From assembly GCA_012295275.1 (NCBI GenBank), contig CM022675.1, forward strand, positions 8,432,001-8,496,000: a stretch of 64,000 nucleotides of DNA, written 5' to 3'. A model generated the notes under the pieces. That model was not told the origin of the DNA and made no database searches. It was given only the letters and a program-made list of their open reading frames with translations. Source of the DNA: Chrysomallon squamiferum. Lineage: Eukaryota > Animalia > Mollusca. Shown one piece after another: positions 1-55,815 of this stretch. The translations under genes and the position numbers were made by a program. How positions within the stretch are numbered: position 1 is the stretch's first letter; each line of letters starts with the position of its first letter.

Positions 1-85
1 GTAGTAGTTCGTCTCCGTGGCCTGTTGAGTGAAGGCCTTTGGCGTTCCATTGAAGGACGGAGAGACCTGTGTTCTTGGCGTGCAT
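1..85 (-). CDS. LINE ORF2 N-terminus (APE endonuclease; truncated by window edge)
   Basis: Manual translation from ATG at 85: MHAKNTGLSVLQWNAKGLHSTGHGDELL. LSVLQWNAKGL matches APE motif I (l.ilQWNxxGL). Confidence 0.85.
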   Translation of the reverse strand, partial: MHAKNTGLSVLQWNAKGLHSTGHGDELL

Positions 86-138
86 GTCGTGAAGAGTTTG
101 TAAATGGTTGTTACTGTTTGTTTTTGTTTTGTTTTTGT

Positions 139-1605
139 TCACTGGTTTGTGCTTGTAGGATTTCTCCTGTCTGTGTGTAATTTTAGTCTGTTGTCCTGCG
201 TGTCGATTTTGAAGCCCAAGCTGTCTTCAATTATGTGGGCTACTGTCTGCTCCAAATTGGCTTCATCATTCGTGTTTCCTTTGTTGGTCCTGATGTTCTG
301 AAGCTCAATCAGGAGGCAGACAATGATTTTGTGTATTTCTGCAATCCTGACCTCCTTGTCGAGATTGTCTTTTGGTTTGTCGTTCTGTTGTTTAATTTTT
401 GTTTCGATGATGGTTTTGGTTTTTTCTTCTATTTTCTGGCATTTCTTGTTGACGTTTTGTATAATTTTGTTGTCTCTTCTGTTGTGTTCGAATTTGTTGT
501 TTGCTTGTATCTTCGCTGGGCACATCTTGTAGTGCGATTCGTGTGGTCCCTGGCAATTTGCGCATTTTGCCAGAGACCGGCAATGGCCTGAGTTTCTGTG
601 GTGATTTCCACCGCAGAAACTGCATGTTAAATGTTTCTGGTTGTTTCTGTGGGAACACTGGTTTGTGATGTGCCCCCATTTCTGACAGTGGCCGCACTTG
701 GGCAACTGCGGCCTCATTTCTGCCAGTGTGTACTTATACCCATCGATGGTGATGGTTGTGTTTCTAAGTTTGTTGTTGAATGTCAGTGTGGTCCAGTAGT
801 TTGGTTTTCTCCACATTTCCACCCCGACTAGAGTTGATTTTGTTTGTTCTACCAGCTCTTCGTTGAATATTTCCAAAAAATCTAGTTTGTTAGCTTGTGG
901 GTAATAAAAACCCAAATCTTTGGATATATATTTGTATGTTGTTTCTTTTGATTTTGTTGTGTGTTTAGGTTGTTGTTGTTGCGGTTTGGTAGTTGGCGTT
1001 TGTTTTGTCTGCGGTGTTGCCAGTAGTGTTTTTCTGGGTTGTGGTGTGGGTGTTTTCTGTGGTTGTTTGGTATCGGGGATTAGTTTGGCTAAAACCCTGA
1101 TAACAAATGTTTCGTCCCAGATTGTGATGTTGGGACCAATTGTTTTGAGTGTTTTTGTATCTACTTCGAAGTAGATTTCTTTCCCGTTATTATTTTTGTT
1201 GACTTTTGTCGTTTTGTCTATGATGTGAATTTGCGCTTCTATTAGATAGCGCAACTGTTTGTCGATGTTTGTGTAGTTTTTTTTGTGAACTGCGATGGTG
1301 GTTCGGCTGTGGGTGTGTTTTGTTTTTTTTCTTTTGATTATTTTCCACGCGTTTGGCTCGCTTTCGTCTTCGCTGTCCGATTCTCTTAGCCTTGCCAAAA
1401 TGTTTAGATTTCTATTGATAATTTTTTGTTCTTCAGTTTCAGTTTCGGAATGTGTGTGTTCGACTGTGGTATCGATTATTTTCTTTTGTTTCCTGTTTTT
1501 TGTTTTTTCGACGGAGCTAGGGCTCCTGTCCCTGGGTCGTTTTGGAACCCTAGTTTCCATCTCCGAGGTATCGATTCCCGAGCTGTAAATGTTTTTTGTT
1601 GCCAT
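139..1605 (-). CDS. LINE ORF1 (gag-like nucleic-acid-binding protein, 488 aa)
   Basis: Three CCHC knuckles: CGHCQKWGHITNQC, CSFCGGNHHRNSGHC, CANCQGPHESHYKMC. Basic, low-complexity N-terminus and A-rich sense strand. Confidence 0.9.
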   Translation of the reverse strand: MATKNIYSSGIDTSEMETRVPKRPRDRSPSSVEKTKNRKQKKIIDTTVEHTHSETETEEQKIINRNLNILARLRESDSEDESEPNAWKIIKRKKTKHTHSRTTIAVHKKNYTNIDKQLRYLIEAQIHIIDKTTKVNKNNNGKEIYFEVDTKTLKTIGPNITIWDETFVIRVLAKLIPDTKQPQKTPTPQPRKTLLATPQTKQTPTTKPQQQQPKHTTKSKETTYKYISKDLGFYYPQANKLDFLEIFNEELVEQTKSTLVGVEMWRKPNYWTTLTFNNKLRNTTITIDGYKYTLAEMRPQLPKCGHCQKWGHITNQCSHRNNQKHLTCSFCGGNHHRNSGHCRSLAKCANCQGPHESHYKMCPAKIQANNKFEHNRRDNKIIQNVNKKCQKIEEKTKTIIETKIKQQNDKPKDNLDKEVRIAEIHKIIVCLLIELQNIRTNKGNTNDEANLEQTVAHIIEDSLGFKIDTQDNRLKLHTDRRNPTSTNQ

Positions 1606-2061
1606 GTTGTGTATGTATGGGTTGTTGTTGTTTTGTGTGTTTTTTTTGTTTGTTTTTTTTTAAAAAAATATATCGGTTTCAATAATATATTTAAATTGCT
1701 TATTATTATTATTATTATTATTATTTTTTAAATATATAGACAATTCTATATTAATTCAAAAAACACTAAAACACTAAAGCTGAACGCAACTCACTTTCAG
1801 ATCGAGATAAAGATAAAAGATATATCGGTTATTTGAGATACCGGAAAGTAAAAGAATAGCAAACAGCAGAAAAGAAAAAGAAAAGAAATAAAAGTAACAA
1901 TAATACAAAAGCCTACAAATAATATAAATAAGAATTTAAATCTAAATAAATAAAGAAAAAGGTACAGTATCTTTTTTGTTTCTGAATTCCGCTCAGTTAG
2001 CACAAAGCACAATCCACAATCCGTTCGTGAGTGATCTTCACAGCTTATCTTCAAAGCTTAC

Positions 2062-2113
2062 ACCATGTCGGGACCGACCGTGACCACGATCTAGCGTGTG
2101 TTGTGAGAAGAAT
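2062..2113 (-). other. Putative first exon of an unidentified minus-strand gene: short 5'UTR, ATG GT, then donor GTAAGC
   Basis: Minus strand reads cATTCTTCTCACAAC...CCCGAC ATG GT|GTAAGC. ATG at 2066-2064, donor G at 2061, directly downstream of a TATA/Inr. Confidence 0.6.
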
Positions 2114-2405
2114 GCGCCGGATAAATGGTTCGGTGCCTTTTATATCAACGTTCTGGCCAGCAAGTGATTAGGATGTATATATCGTAGACCAATGAATATT
2201 CACAACGCATCTGTCACTGACCAATGAAAACTTAGCGTATCTACCAGTATCCAATAGACATTTAAAACTAAACTAACAGTGACCAATGAACAGTTAGAAG
2301 AATTAATCGCTGACCAATCATCTGTTAGGAAATCTATCAATGTCAAGTGAACATTTATGTATGACTAATCATTGAAAAATGAAACGTTTCTGTCAGTGAC
2401 CAATG
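2110..2405 (-). promoter_or_regulatory. Pol II promoter: Inr, TATA box and CCAAT-box array
   Basis: TATAAAAG at 2144-2137, with its first T 31 nt upstream of an Inr-like CA(+1)TTCT at 2113. CCAAT at 2189, 2221, 2251, 2283, 2314 and 2400. Locally CpG-rich. Confidence 0.72.
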
Positions 2406-2771
2406 AAAACTTTCGTAGATTTCGAATATCTTGTTGTTATATTGTTACTGGTGTGGGGTATTTTTCTCTGAAATGATAATTTAAAGAAATAGATTGCTTT
2501 TTTCTTTTCTTTTTTTTTTTTTGCTTAAGAAATGTTGGGTTTGGTTGAACTTTCCTATGAAGATGATTTTGTTAGAGTTTTTCTTTGTTATTTTTTCTTT
2601 GCTATTTTTTCTTTGTTATTTTTTTTTTTTTTTCCTTTTGTAATCGGAGGCCATACTTATAAGAGCTACAACATTTTTATTCGCTTTTATTAGTGCCAAT
2701 AAAATTTGCATTTGAAATACAAGTATTGTGTTTTCTTTTAAAAGTAGCTATGCTAAAGTTCAGTTTTCTAT

Positions 2772-2861
<90 letters not shown>

Positions 2862-2913
2862 AAGAAAGATATGCAGGAAGAAAGAAAACAGTTAAAATAC
2901 TCCACACACAGAC

Positions 2914-2945
<32 letters not shown>

Positions 2946-3149
2946 CCATACATGCATGCATATTATGTGTACATATTAATATGAATGACTGACGAAAACC
3001 AACAGTATCGCAAGAAGGGAGATAACTTCAGCAGATGCTGAATACAAACTGACAGATAAATAAATATAAGTATAAAGAACGCAAAAGAAAACGTTACAAA
3101 CGTGAACATAAAATCAGCTTTAATCATCTTAATTACCCAACGTGGTGCG

Positions 3150-3640
3150 GCAAAAGAATTTTCTTCTGCAGAATTCACACTGGCGAGACACCCGGTTCGA
3201 AATTTTGCTTTGATTTGCGAGCCAAAATCCGAGGTGCGAGCCAAAATCCGAGTTACGAGCGAATTTAGATACGCCGCCACTAGTTGGCGCAACGAACAAC
3301 ACAACATCCGCCAGGTTACCTCGCCGCGGAAGCATCTCTGTTGAGCTCGCGTTTTGTGCAATATTTTTCCAACGATCCATGGATCCTAAGAAAGTGAGTG
3401 CAAAGGACAGTGCTGAGAAGAAGAAGAAGCGGATGATGTCCATTGAATTAAAGCATGAAACCATAGAAAAACATAGGTGGAGGTGTGCGTGTAATCAACG
3501 TGACTAGGCAGTACGAGCGTAGTAGTTTTACGATATGTACCATACTGAAGCAGAATTAGTTGACAAAGGCTTTAACTCCAGCCAGAGGCGTTAAAATAAT
3601 TTCTAAGCTGCGGACCTCTGTCCATGAAAAGATAGAGAAC
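3150..3640 (+). mobile_element. Tigger-like DNA transposon remnant (subterminal region and 5' transposase)
   Basis: CpG-rich leader with duplicated GCGAGCCAAAATCCGAG (about 3217 and 3236) upstream of the transposase fragment. TIR not resolved; bounds approximate. Confidence 0.6.
3379..3638 (+). pseudogene. Tigger/pogo transposase N-terminal (HTH-psq/CENP-B-like) fragment, degenerate
   Basis: MDPKKVSAKDSAEKKKKRMMSIELKHETIEKH [frameshift ~3476] GVRVINVTRQYERSSFTICTILKQN*LTKALTPARGVKIISKLRTSVHEKIE. Stop at 3557-3559. Confidence 0.8.
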
Positions 3641-3718
3641 AAAAAGCACTTATACAAGAAATTAATTCAGAAATATTTCACTTACTTAGACAGTATCACC
3701 ATTTTCTCTTTGTCTGCA

Positions 3719-3813
<95 letters not shown>

Positions 3814-4412
3814 AACACACAAACACATACACAGAGATACAAAGAAGAAAAAATCATTTAAAAAAAACCCAAACAAGATAATGTTCGTCTGATTTATTTG
3901 GATTTTCATCTTTCATTCAATATATACAAATAAACATGTTATGAAAACAAAAACAAACATAAAGAAAAAACAAGGGAGGAAATATGAAAGAGCAAAAAAT
4001 TCCTAAACGTGAAATAAAGAAAAGAAAAGATATGGATAACGTAGATAATAAAACACTGAAATAGTTCAAGCCAGTGGTATAAAAATGGACGGATGTAAAG
4101 TTCAAAGAAAAATGTAACCAAGAAACGAACCTCAAAAGAGGATATTAAAAAGAAAGTCTCGCTAAATATCGCGAGATTATAAAGTGGTAAAAATTATGAC
4201 AACAAATAAATTTATGTCAAAACTTTTTTAAAAACGAAATCTCGATAAGGGAGGTAACTCGTAAGTAACGTGAATTATTAAACATACGACTAGTTCGAAT
4301 AATAATTATCATTCATTTAGTTAAATGCATACATACTGACTTAATTTATTATTTAATTGTCTCTTGATTTTTATAATTCCTTTTTGATTGTTTAATTGTA
4401 CGTGATTATGTA

Positions 4413-4487
<75 letters not shown>

Positions 4488-5700
4488 GATTGCTACTACT
4501 ACTACTACTGCTGTTATTGTTATTCACTTGTTTGTTTATATGTACAGTTACCAATTTTTGTCCCGTTATTATTATTGATTCATTTATTTTCAAAGTAAAA
4601 TAAATTAATTAAACATCAGTTTACAAAAATCTTTGTATTTAACAAAAATAAATCCCTGAAGTAGTATGAAATTAAACAAATTATTTCATCGTTCACACAA
4701 AATGAATTCACTGAAATACATTATGATGTCAAATATGTTTATGAGGTATGTACACGTTTGCGAAATTTACAAATATTATATATATATATATATACATGCG
4801 CACACGTACACAAACACATGCGCACGCACAAACACACACATACACACAGTTTGTGACATAAGAAACGTAATAAAGAAAAAGGAAGATATGGAAAAACGAT
4901 AACTTTCAACATGTACAAATAATATCCTGAATATATTTTGATATTTAATAATGACAAAAAAATTATTTATATTATCTTAAATTATTAGTTAAATACTTTT
5001 CTAAACAGTCTGTCCTTTGATCTTTTTTACAAATGTTACGAAAATGCTCTTGTTTTTTTTTTTTTTGTTGTTGTTGTTATATTTTTATTTTATTATTTTG
5101 TTATTTTTTTTTGGTTTACTTTTATCTTTTTTTCTTTTTTTTTTTTTTTTTTTTTTTTTTGCAATTTTTTGTCATCATAAATATCACAATAAATCAAAAA
5201 TAAATTTTAAAAAAAACAACCAAAAAAAACATAATATATACATTAGCATCATAAACCGAATAAGGCATGACAGGCAACACAACAAATGAGACAGAGATTT
5301 CAAATACAAATATGTACATTATTAATCAGTTCAATTCAAATCAAATAAACAAAAATATAACGAAATGTTTTTTTTTTTTTTTTAAAAAGGAATGAACAGA
5401 TGATGAATAAACAATTATGATATGGAAATTTTATGTGCATGTATATTTCTATCCAGGCCTTTCGTAAATCCTCGGTTCATTTCGTAAATCCTCGGTTCAT
5501 TTCGTAAAATCCGAAGAGGTAACTCGAATCTCTTCCATAGATATATTCAGCTTTAATTTATGTACGTCAACTTTATAGTAAGTTTTTTAATTCTTAATAA
5601 TAATTTAAATATCGACTCCTGCTACTACTATTTCCATACATTCTGCCACTGATACTACATTTACTGCTACACATACTACTGCTACTACAACAACATATAT

Positions 5701-5733
<33 letters not shown>

Positions 5734-6726
5734 AACACATTCTGCCATTAATACTACAACAGTACCAGAACCAAACCGCAACTAATAACTAATATTATTG
5801 TATCATCATCATCATCATCATCACCATCATTATCATTATTTATTGTATTTGCTGAACAAATTATACCTTGCAATTAAATTATTTTCAATATTCATGACAT
5901 TTTTCTCTTTTTTTTGTTTTTCTTTGTTTTTTTTTTTTTTTTTTTTTTTTATTGTTATATTTTTTTTATGAGTTCGCCATAAAATTCGTTTAACATTCAA
6001 GTTTGCATAGAAACACGTAATGGACATCTGATAACATAATCGTCTTGCATCTTATTGCAATACATATTCAGTAATTAAATAATAATAATAATAACAACAT
6101 GTGTTTATCCAGATTTAAATATCACTTTTATCCATCGCTGAAAATCGTTTAAAAACAGCCAGACTACAACACTTCACTGAACGTTGCACTTTCCAAGTGC
6201 ACTTCCAAGAGATTATTCTCCACTCCATGATATAAAAAAAAAAAAAAAAAAAGAATTGCTTCGCGCATGCTCATTTAGCCATCTGTTTACGCTTCCGGAT
6301 GGTGGAAGGCAAATGGCGGACTCCCTTCATTCAGTGGCCGCCTGTCGTTTTCCTGTTATCCGATCTTCTGTTTTTGTTGTAAACCTGGGTTGTTGATTAC
6401 TGCTTCTGCTGAAAAATATAAAAAATATATGTATATAAAATGTTGATAATTAAACGTTAGTGTGTGTGTGTGTGTGTGCGTGTGTGTGTGGGTGGGTGTG
6501 TTCGATAGCAGAAAGAACGGCAATAAATATTTATGGGGATCTGCGAATTTTGGAATAACGATTTTCCAGCACTGATAAGAAAGAGTGATGATAATTTTAG
6601 ACTATTCTTGCCTGATGGTCGAAAGATTGTTAATCTTTTTCTTCCGATCGCTTACATTGATTTCTGTCGCAAAATAAATCGATTTGTTCAGTTCAGAAAA
6701 AAAAATATAATTTTCTCGGACACACA

Positions 6727-6802
<76 letters not shown>

Positions 6803-6968
6803 GTTACTTTCAGTATCTGTTATGTGTGTCTGTCTCTATTATTTTCCCGTTTCAGTCATTCTCTTTGTTTTTCAGATGCATCTATTTCTCTATGCCTGTC
6901 TAACATTCTTTACACTTCTACCTGTCTCTCAACTTCTATCTCCTAGTCTAAATCTGATTGTTGATATA

Positions 6969-7048
<80 letters not shown>

Positions 7049-8083
7049 CCTCCCTCCCTCCCTGACTCGTTCTATATCTCATTCGTTTACTTTTTTCTCT
7101 TATTCATTCACTCATTTACTCTCTCCAATATGTCTGTCTACTATGTTCGACCATGTAAAATAGAACTGACCTAACTCAATGATAACAGAGTTGGCCTGAG
7201 ACTTAATTGTATTTGAGATCAATACACATTGCTTTACCATTTTACTTATTAACCATTCCGACAAGTACTCCATCACATTTTATTAAAGTCAAGAAATGAG
7301 ATTTCCTGTTTATGAGGTGGTCTGTATAAAAAAACTCCTTACTGCTAGAGCAAGTTTCTACTTTCTTATCATTATCACACCAACAACATTTTTTAAATCT
7401 AAAAACTTTTAATAATCTGGCGAAGTGTTGTTAAACTTTCACACTTTCCTTAATGCCCATAATTATTTATTACTAATCTAAAAAGTTAATTTGTGTAGTA
7501 ATAAATATTTAAAGATATTACTATGGAAGAAAAGTACTGTTACGATATATAATTACTTGTATTTAATTCTCTTTTCTTTTCTTTTTCTTTTTTTTTTTTA
7601 ATTTCTGAATCACATAATTTAATTATTTCTGTTCATTAAATAAATTAAAATTAAAAAAATTAAAAAATTAAAATTAAGATGAGAAAAGAAAAATAAAAAA
7701 AAACAAAAATCTATTGAATGCTCAAATACCTATGTCTGACACAATTAACGGGGAAATCGGAAAAAGGGTCGTTATTTAATTGAAAGGAAGGCATGCTAAA
7801 AAATTTGTTAAGTCAAATTGATACGTATGAAGGTGTCTATACTAGAACATCACAACAAAGACATGCATGGGTAGGTATAAACGTTTATTTGGAATGTTTC
7901 ATCACGCAGTTCATTTACAACTCACAGACAAACTGTTGTTATATAAAACAGTAGTAACGAGGGTTAAATACAATTTTCCATGTGAGATGACAGGTAAATT
8001 AAATACAAAACATACAAAATCAGAATATATCATATAGGAGCATTCCATCTTTATATATATACATACATACATAAATATATATG

Positions 8084-8157
<74 letters not shown>

Positions 8158-8649
8158 CTTATATACATATATACATATACATACATACATACACGTTCTT
8201 TATATAAATACATGCATACATACACATGTATGTCTATAAGTGAAGATGTTATGACTGAAGCACTATAGAAACCAAATTAAACTTGAAAAGCTGTGGAAGG
8301 TACTGCTCTGCATGTACAAAACCCCAGTCGTATATTTGTATATTTAGACGGGAAGAAAACATAGTCGGAAATGTTGTGGTTTTGTTTTCTAGGTTCATCG
8401 TGCTGATAACCATCTTGAAGAAAAATGACGAAGCGATGCTGCTGCTGTTGAAGATGACCATCATGACGTCAGCAGTGACGTCAGCGATGACGTAAAATCG
8501 TCTCATTTACACCAAGAGGTGTGTGTTTCCTGACTTCCAACAAGGGTTTAAGTACAAAATTCTTTCATTTACCAGTATCACTTACACATAGTTATATATT
8601 ATATATATATATACTTGTGTGTGCTTCCGTGTGCCTGTGTGTATGTGCC

Positions 8650-8681
<32 letters not shown>

Positions 8682-8785
8682 TGTTATATAACAAAATCAA
8701 ATCTACGGCAAACTTCCTACGATTTGTACTTTCTTACATTTTAGTTCACACTTAAGATATTGATTTTCATACATTTGGCTTTCGG

Positions 8786-8819
<34 letters not shown>

Positions 8820-9163
8820 GCAACAATAACAACAGCAATAATAATAATAAGGATAATAATAATAATTAAAACAACAACAACAGCAATAAACATATTCAAA
8901 CTGTTCTGCATATATATATAAAGATGAAACACATAATGACTTGATCAGTTTTAACACAAAACAAAACCAAAGTTTTTAACGAGGCCTGCAAATCAGTAAC
9001 ATAATTTTGTTTAAAAATACTCGAGGTGATCAACATAAACAACGTAAATACATTATGTACACGTCAGAATGATTGACCAATCTTTCATACTAATAAAGTA
9101 TGACATTACTATAACAGGTCTGAAGAAATGTCCATCGTTTTAATTACAAGGAAAAAAACAAAA

Positions 9164-9198
<35 letters not shown>

Positions 9199-9224
9199 GG
9201 AGGAGAAGAAGTAGGAAGAAGACA

Positions 9225-9259
<35 letters not shown>

Positions 9260-9643
9260 CAAGATAAGACGGTAAAAATCATGGGACGGTAATTCATAGT
9301 CATACTTTATAGTTAGCAACGGTTTGCCTCCAAAAACAAACATCCACTTGAAGGGTATAAAATAAACACAGAATATTTACGTCACCACAGACATACTTTT
9401 AAATTACATTCACATGTATTAATATATTATATTAAAATAAAAAAAAAAAAAAAAAATTAAAAAAAATTTCTTTTAAAAATTAAGCTATCACTCCTATCAG
9501 TAAGCATATAACAGTTAACAATCCCTAACAAACAATTATATAAAAAAAAAAATTAAAAAAAAAAAAAAAATTCCTTATGTTAATATATATATATTTTTTT
9601 TTTTCACATTCATATTTTAATATATACATTATGTCTCGATAAA

Positions 9644-54199
<44,556 letters not shown>

Positions 54200-54428
54200 A
54201 ATCACCCCCCTGCACCCACCTAGTCTCCACTCCCCCCTAGCTGCATCGAGACGTCTTTAAAATCCACCTGAAAATAAACAATAGTAAAGAAATTTCAGTG
54301 TCTTTTTTTTTTTTTTTTTTTAAATTAATTAAAATGTTCAGCTGTTTGTTCTGTCTCTCTGATCTGTTTTTTTTCTCTCTCTCTTTCTGTCTGTCTTTCT
54401 TTTTCTCTCTCTCCATCTAGCTCTCTTT

Positions 54429-54583
<155 letters not shown>

Positions 54584-55620
54584 TCTTCTTTTTTCCCAAA
54601 ATTGTTGTATGATAAAACCTTTTTCAAAATTAATCTGAACCATCAAATTATTTTTCATTTATAAACAGGCAGGCACACCCTTCAGTTCAAAATGTTATCA
54701 CATGTCTTAAATTAACACATGCATCCTTAGGTTATCTTATATTTCATACACACACAGATGCACATACACAAACCATGAACACACTCACACATATACACAT
54801 AGTCTACACACAAACACACCTTATTTTCAAAAATAAAACAACAACCAAAAAAAAAAACACAAACAAAATTAACGATGATAATCTGAAAAATAAACACATG
54901 ATCCTTTCTATCTCACCTCACAGACATACATACACACAGACACACACACAGATAGACAGACAGACTAATCAGGTGCACTTGTTTTCGCACATGTTTTCAT
55001 TCAGTGGTGCAGATAGCAGAAATAACAACAATCCTGCAACTGATTACTTCTGCCTGACAGCACAGGAGAAGTCTGGTTACCATGGGTGATCGGTTCCAAA
55101 CCAAAATACCCTCAAGAAATGAAGCAATCATTAAGTTACTGACAATGTTTTGTAAATAGAAACCGAAAAAATGTCGGAGGAGAAGAGAGTTTTGTTATTT
55201 TATTATTTTCTGAGATAATCAGTTATTTTTTTAAAATTAGCTGGTTGTTATTTTTGTTATTTGTACTATTATTATAGTTGTTGTTGTTGTTGTTGTTGCT
55301 GTGGCTGTTGTTAGTGTTGTTGTTGTTAGAGTTACTGTTATTATTATTGTTATTATTATTATAGTTGTTAGATTACTTTTCATTTTTATTGTTATTATTA
55401 TTATAGTTGTTGTTGTTGTTAGTGTTACTTTTGTTTTTATTTTATTGTTATTATTGTTGTTGTTGTTGTGATTATTGTTATTACTAGCATAGTATTTATT
55501 TACTTATTCATTTATTTATTCAATTTATTTATTTATTTTTTTATATTTGTTCATAACAATTATTAATACAATAAAGACTGTTATTTTGCTGTTATTCATG
55601 TTATCATTACTCTCACTGAG

Positions 55621-55654
<34 letters not shown>

Positions 55655-55770
55655 CTGTCATCATCATCATTAGTATGACAACCATTTCTCTATCATAACC
55701 ACCTTTGTCCAGTTTCTTGAGTGGCCATCTTTGAAAGATTTGACTACATGTGTGTATATGTGTATGTGTA

Positions 55771-55815
<45 letters not shown>

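Larger units (their letters stand above)
1..1790 (-). mobile_element. 5' portion of a non-LTR retrotransposon (LINE, APE-type, I/Jockey-like group): 5'UTR, ORF1, start of ORF2; continues off the left edge
   Basis: Intact gag-like ORF1 with three zinc knuckles, followed 53 nt after its stop by an ORF starting with an APE endonuclease motif. The 5' boundary is approximate; no TSD can be determined. Confidence 0.88.

Noticed and set aside
104-1731. Plus-strand and alternative-frame ORFs over LINE ORF1
   Set aside because: Shadows of the A-rich ORF1 strand.
2189-2207. ERSE-like CCAAT-N9-CAACG
   Set aside because: Mismatch to the CCACG consensus and not repeated in the other boxes.
5461-5530. 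20-bp tandem repeat and GAGGTAACTCG shared with ~4251, possible Tigger 3' end remnants
   Set aside because: Too short and degenerate to define a TIR.
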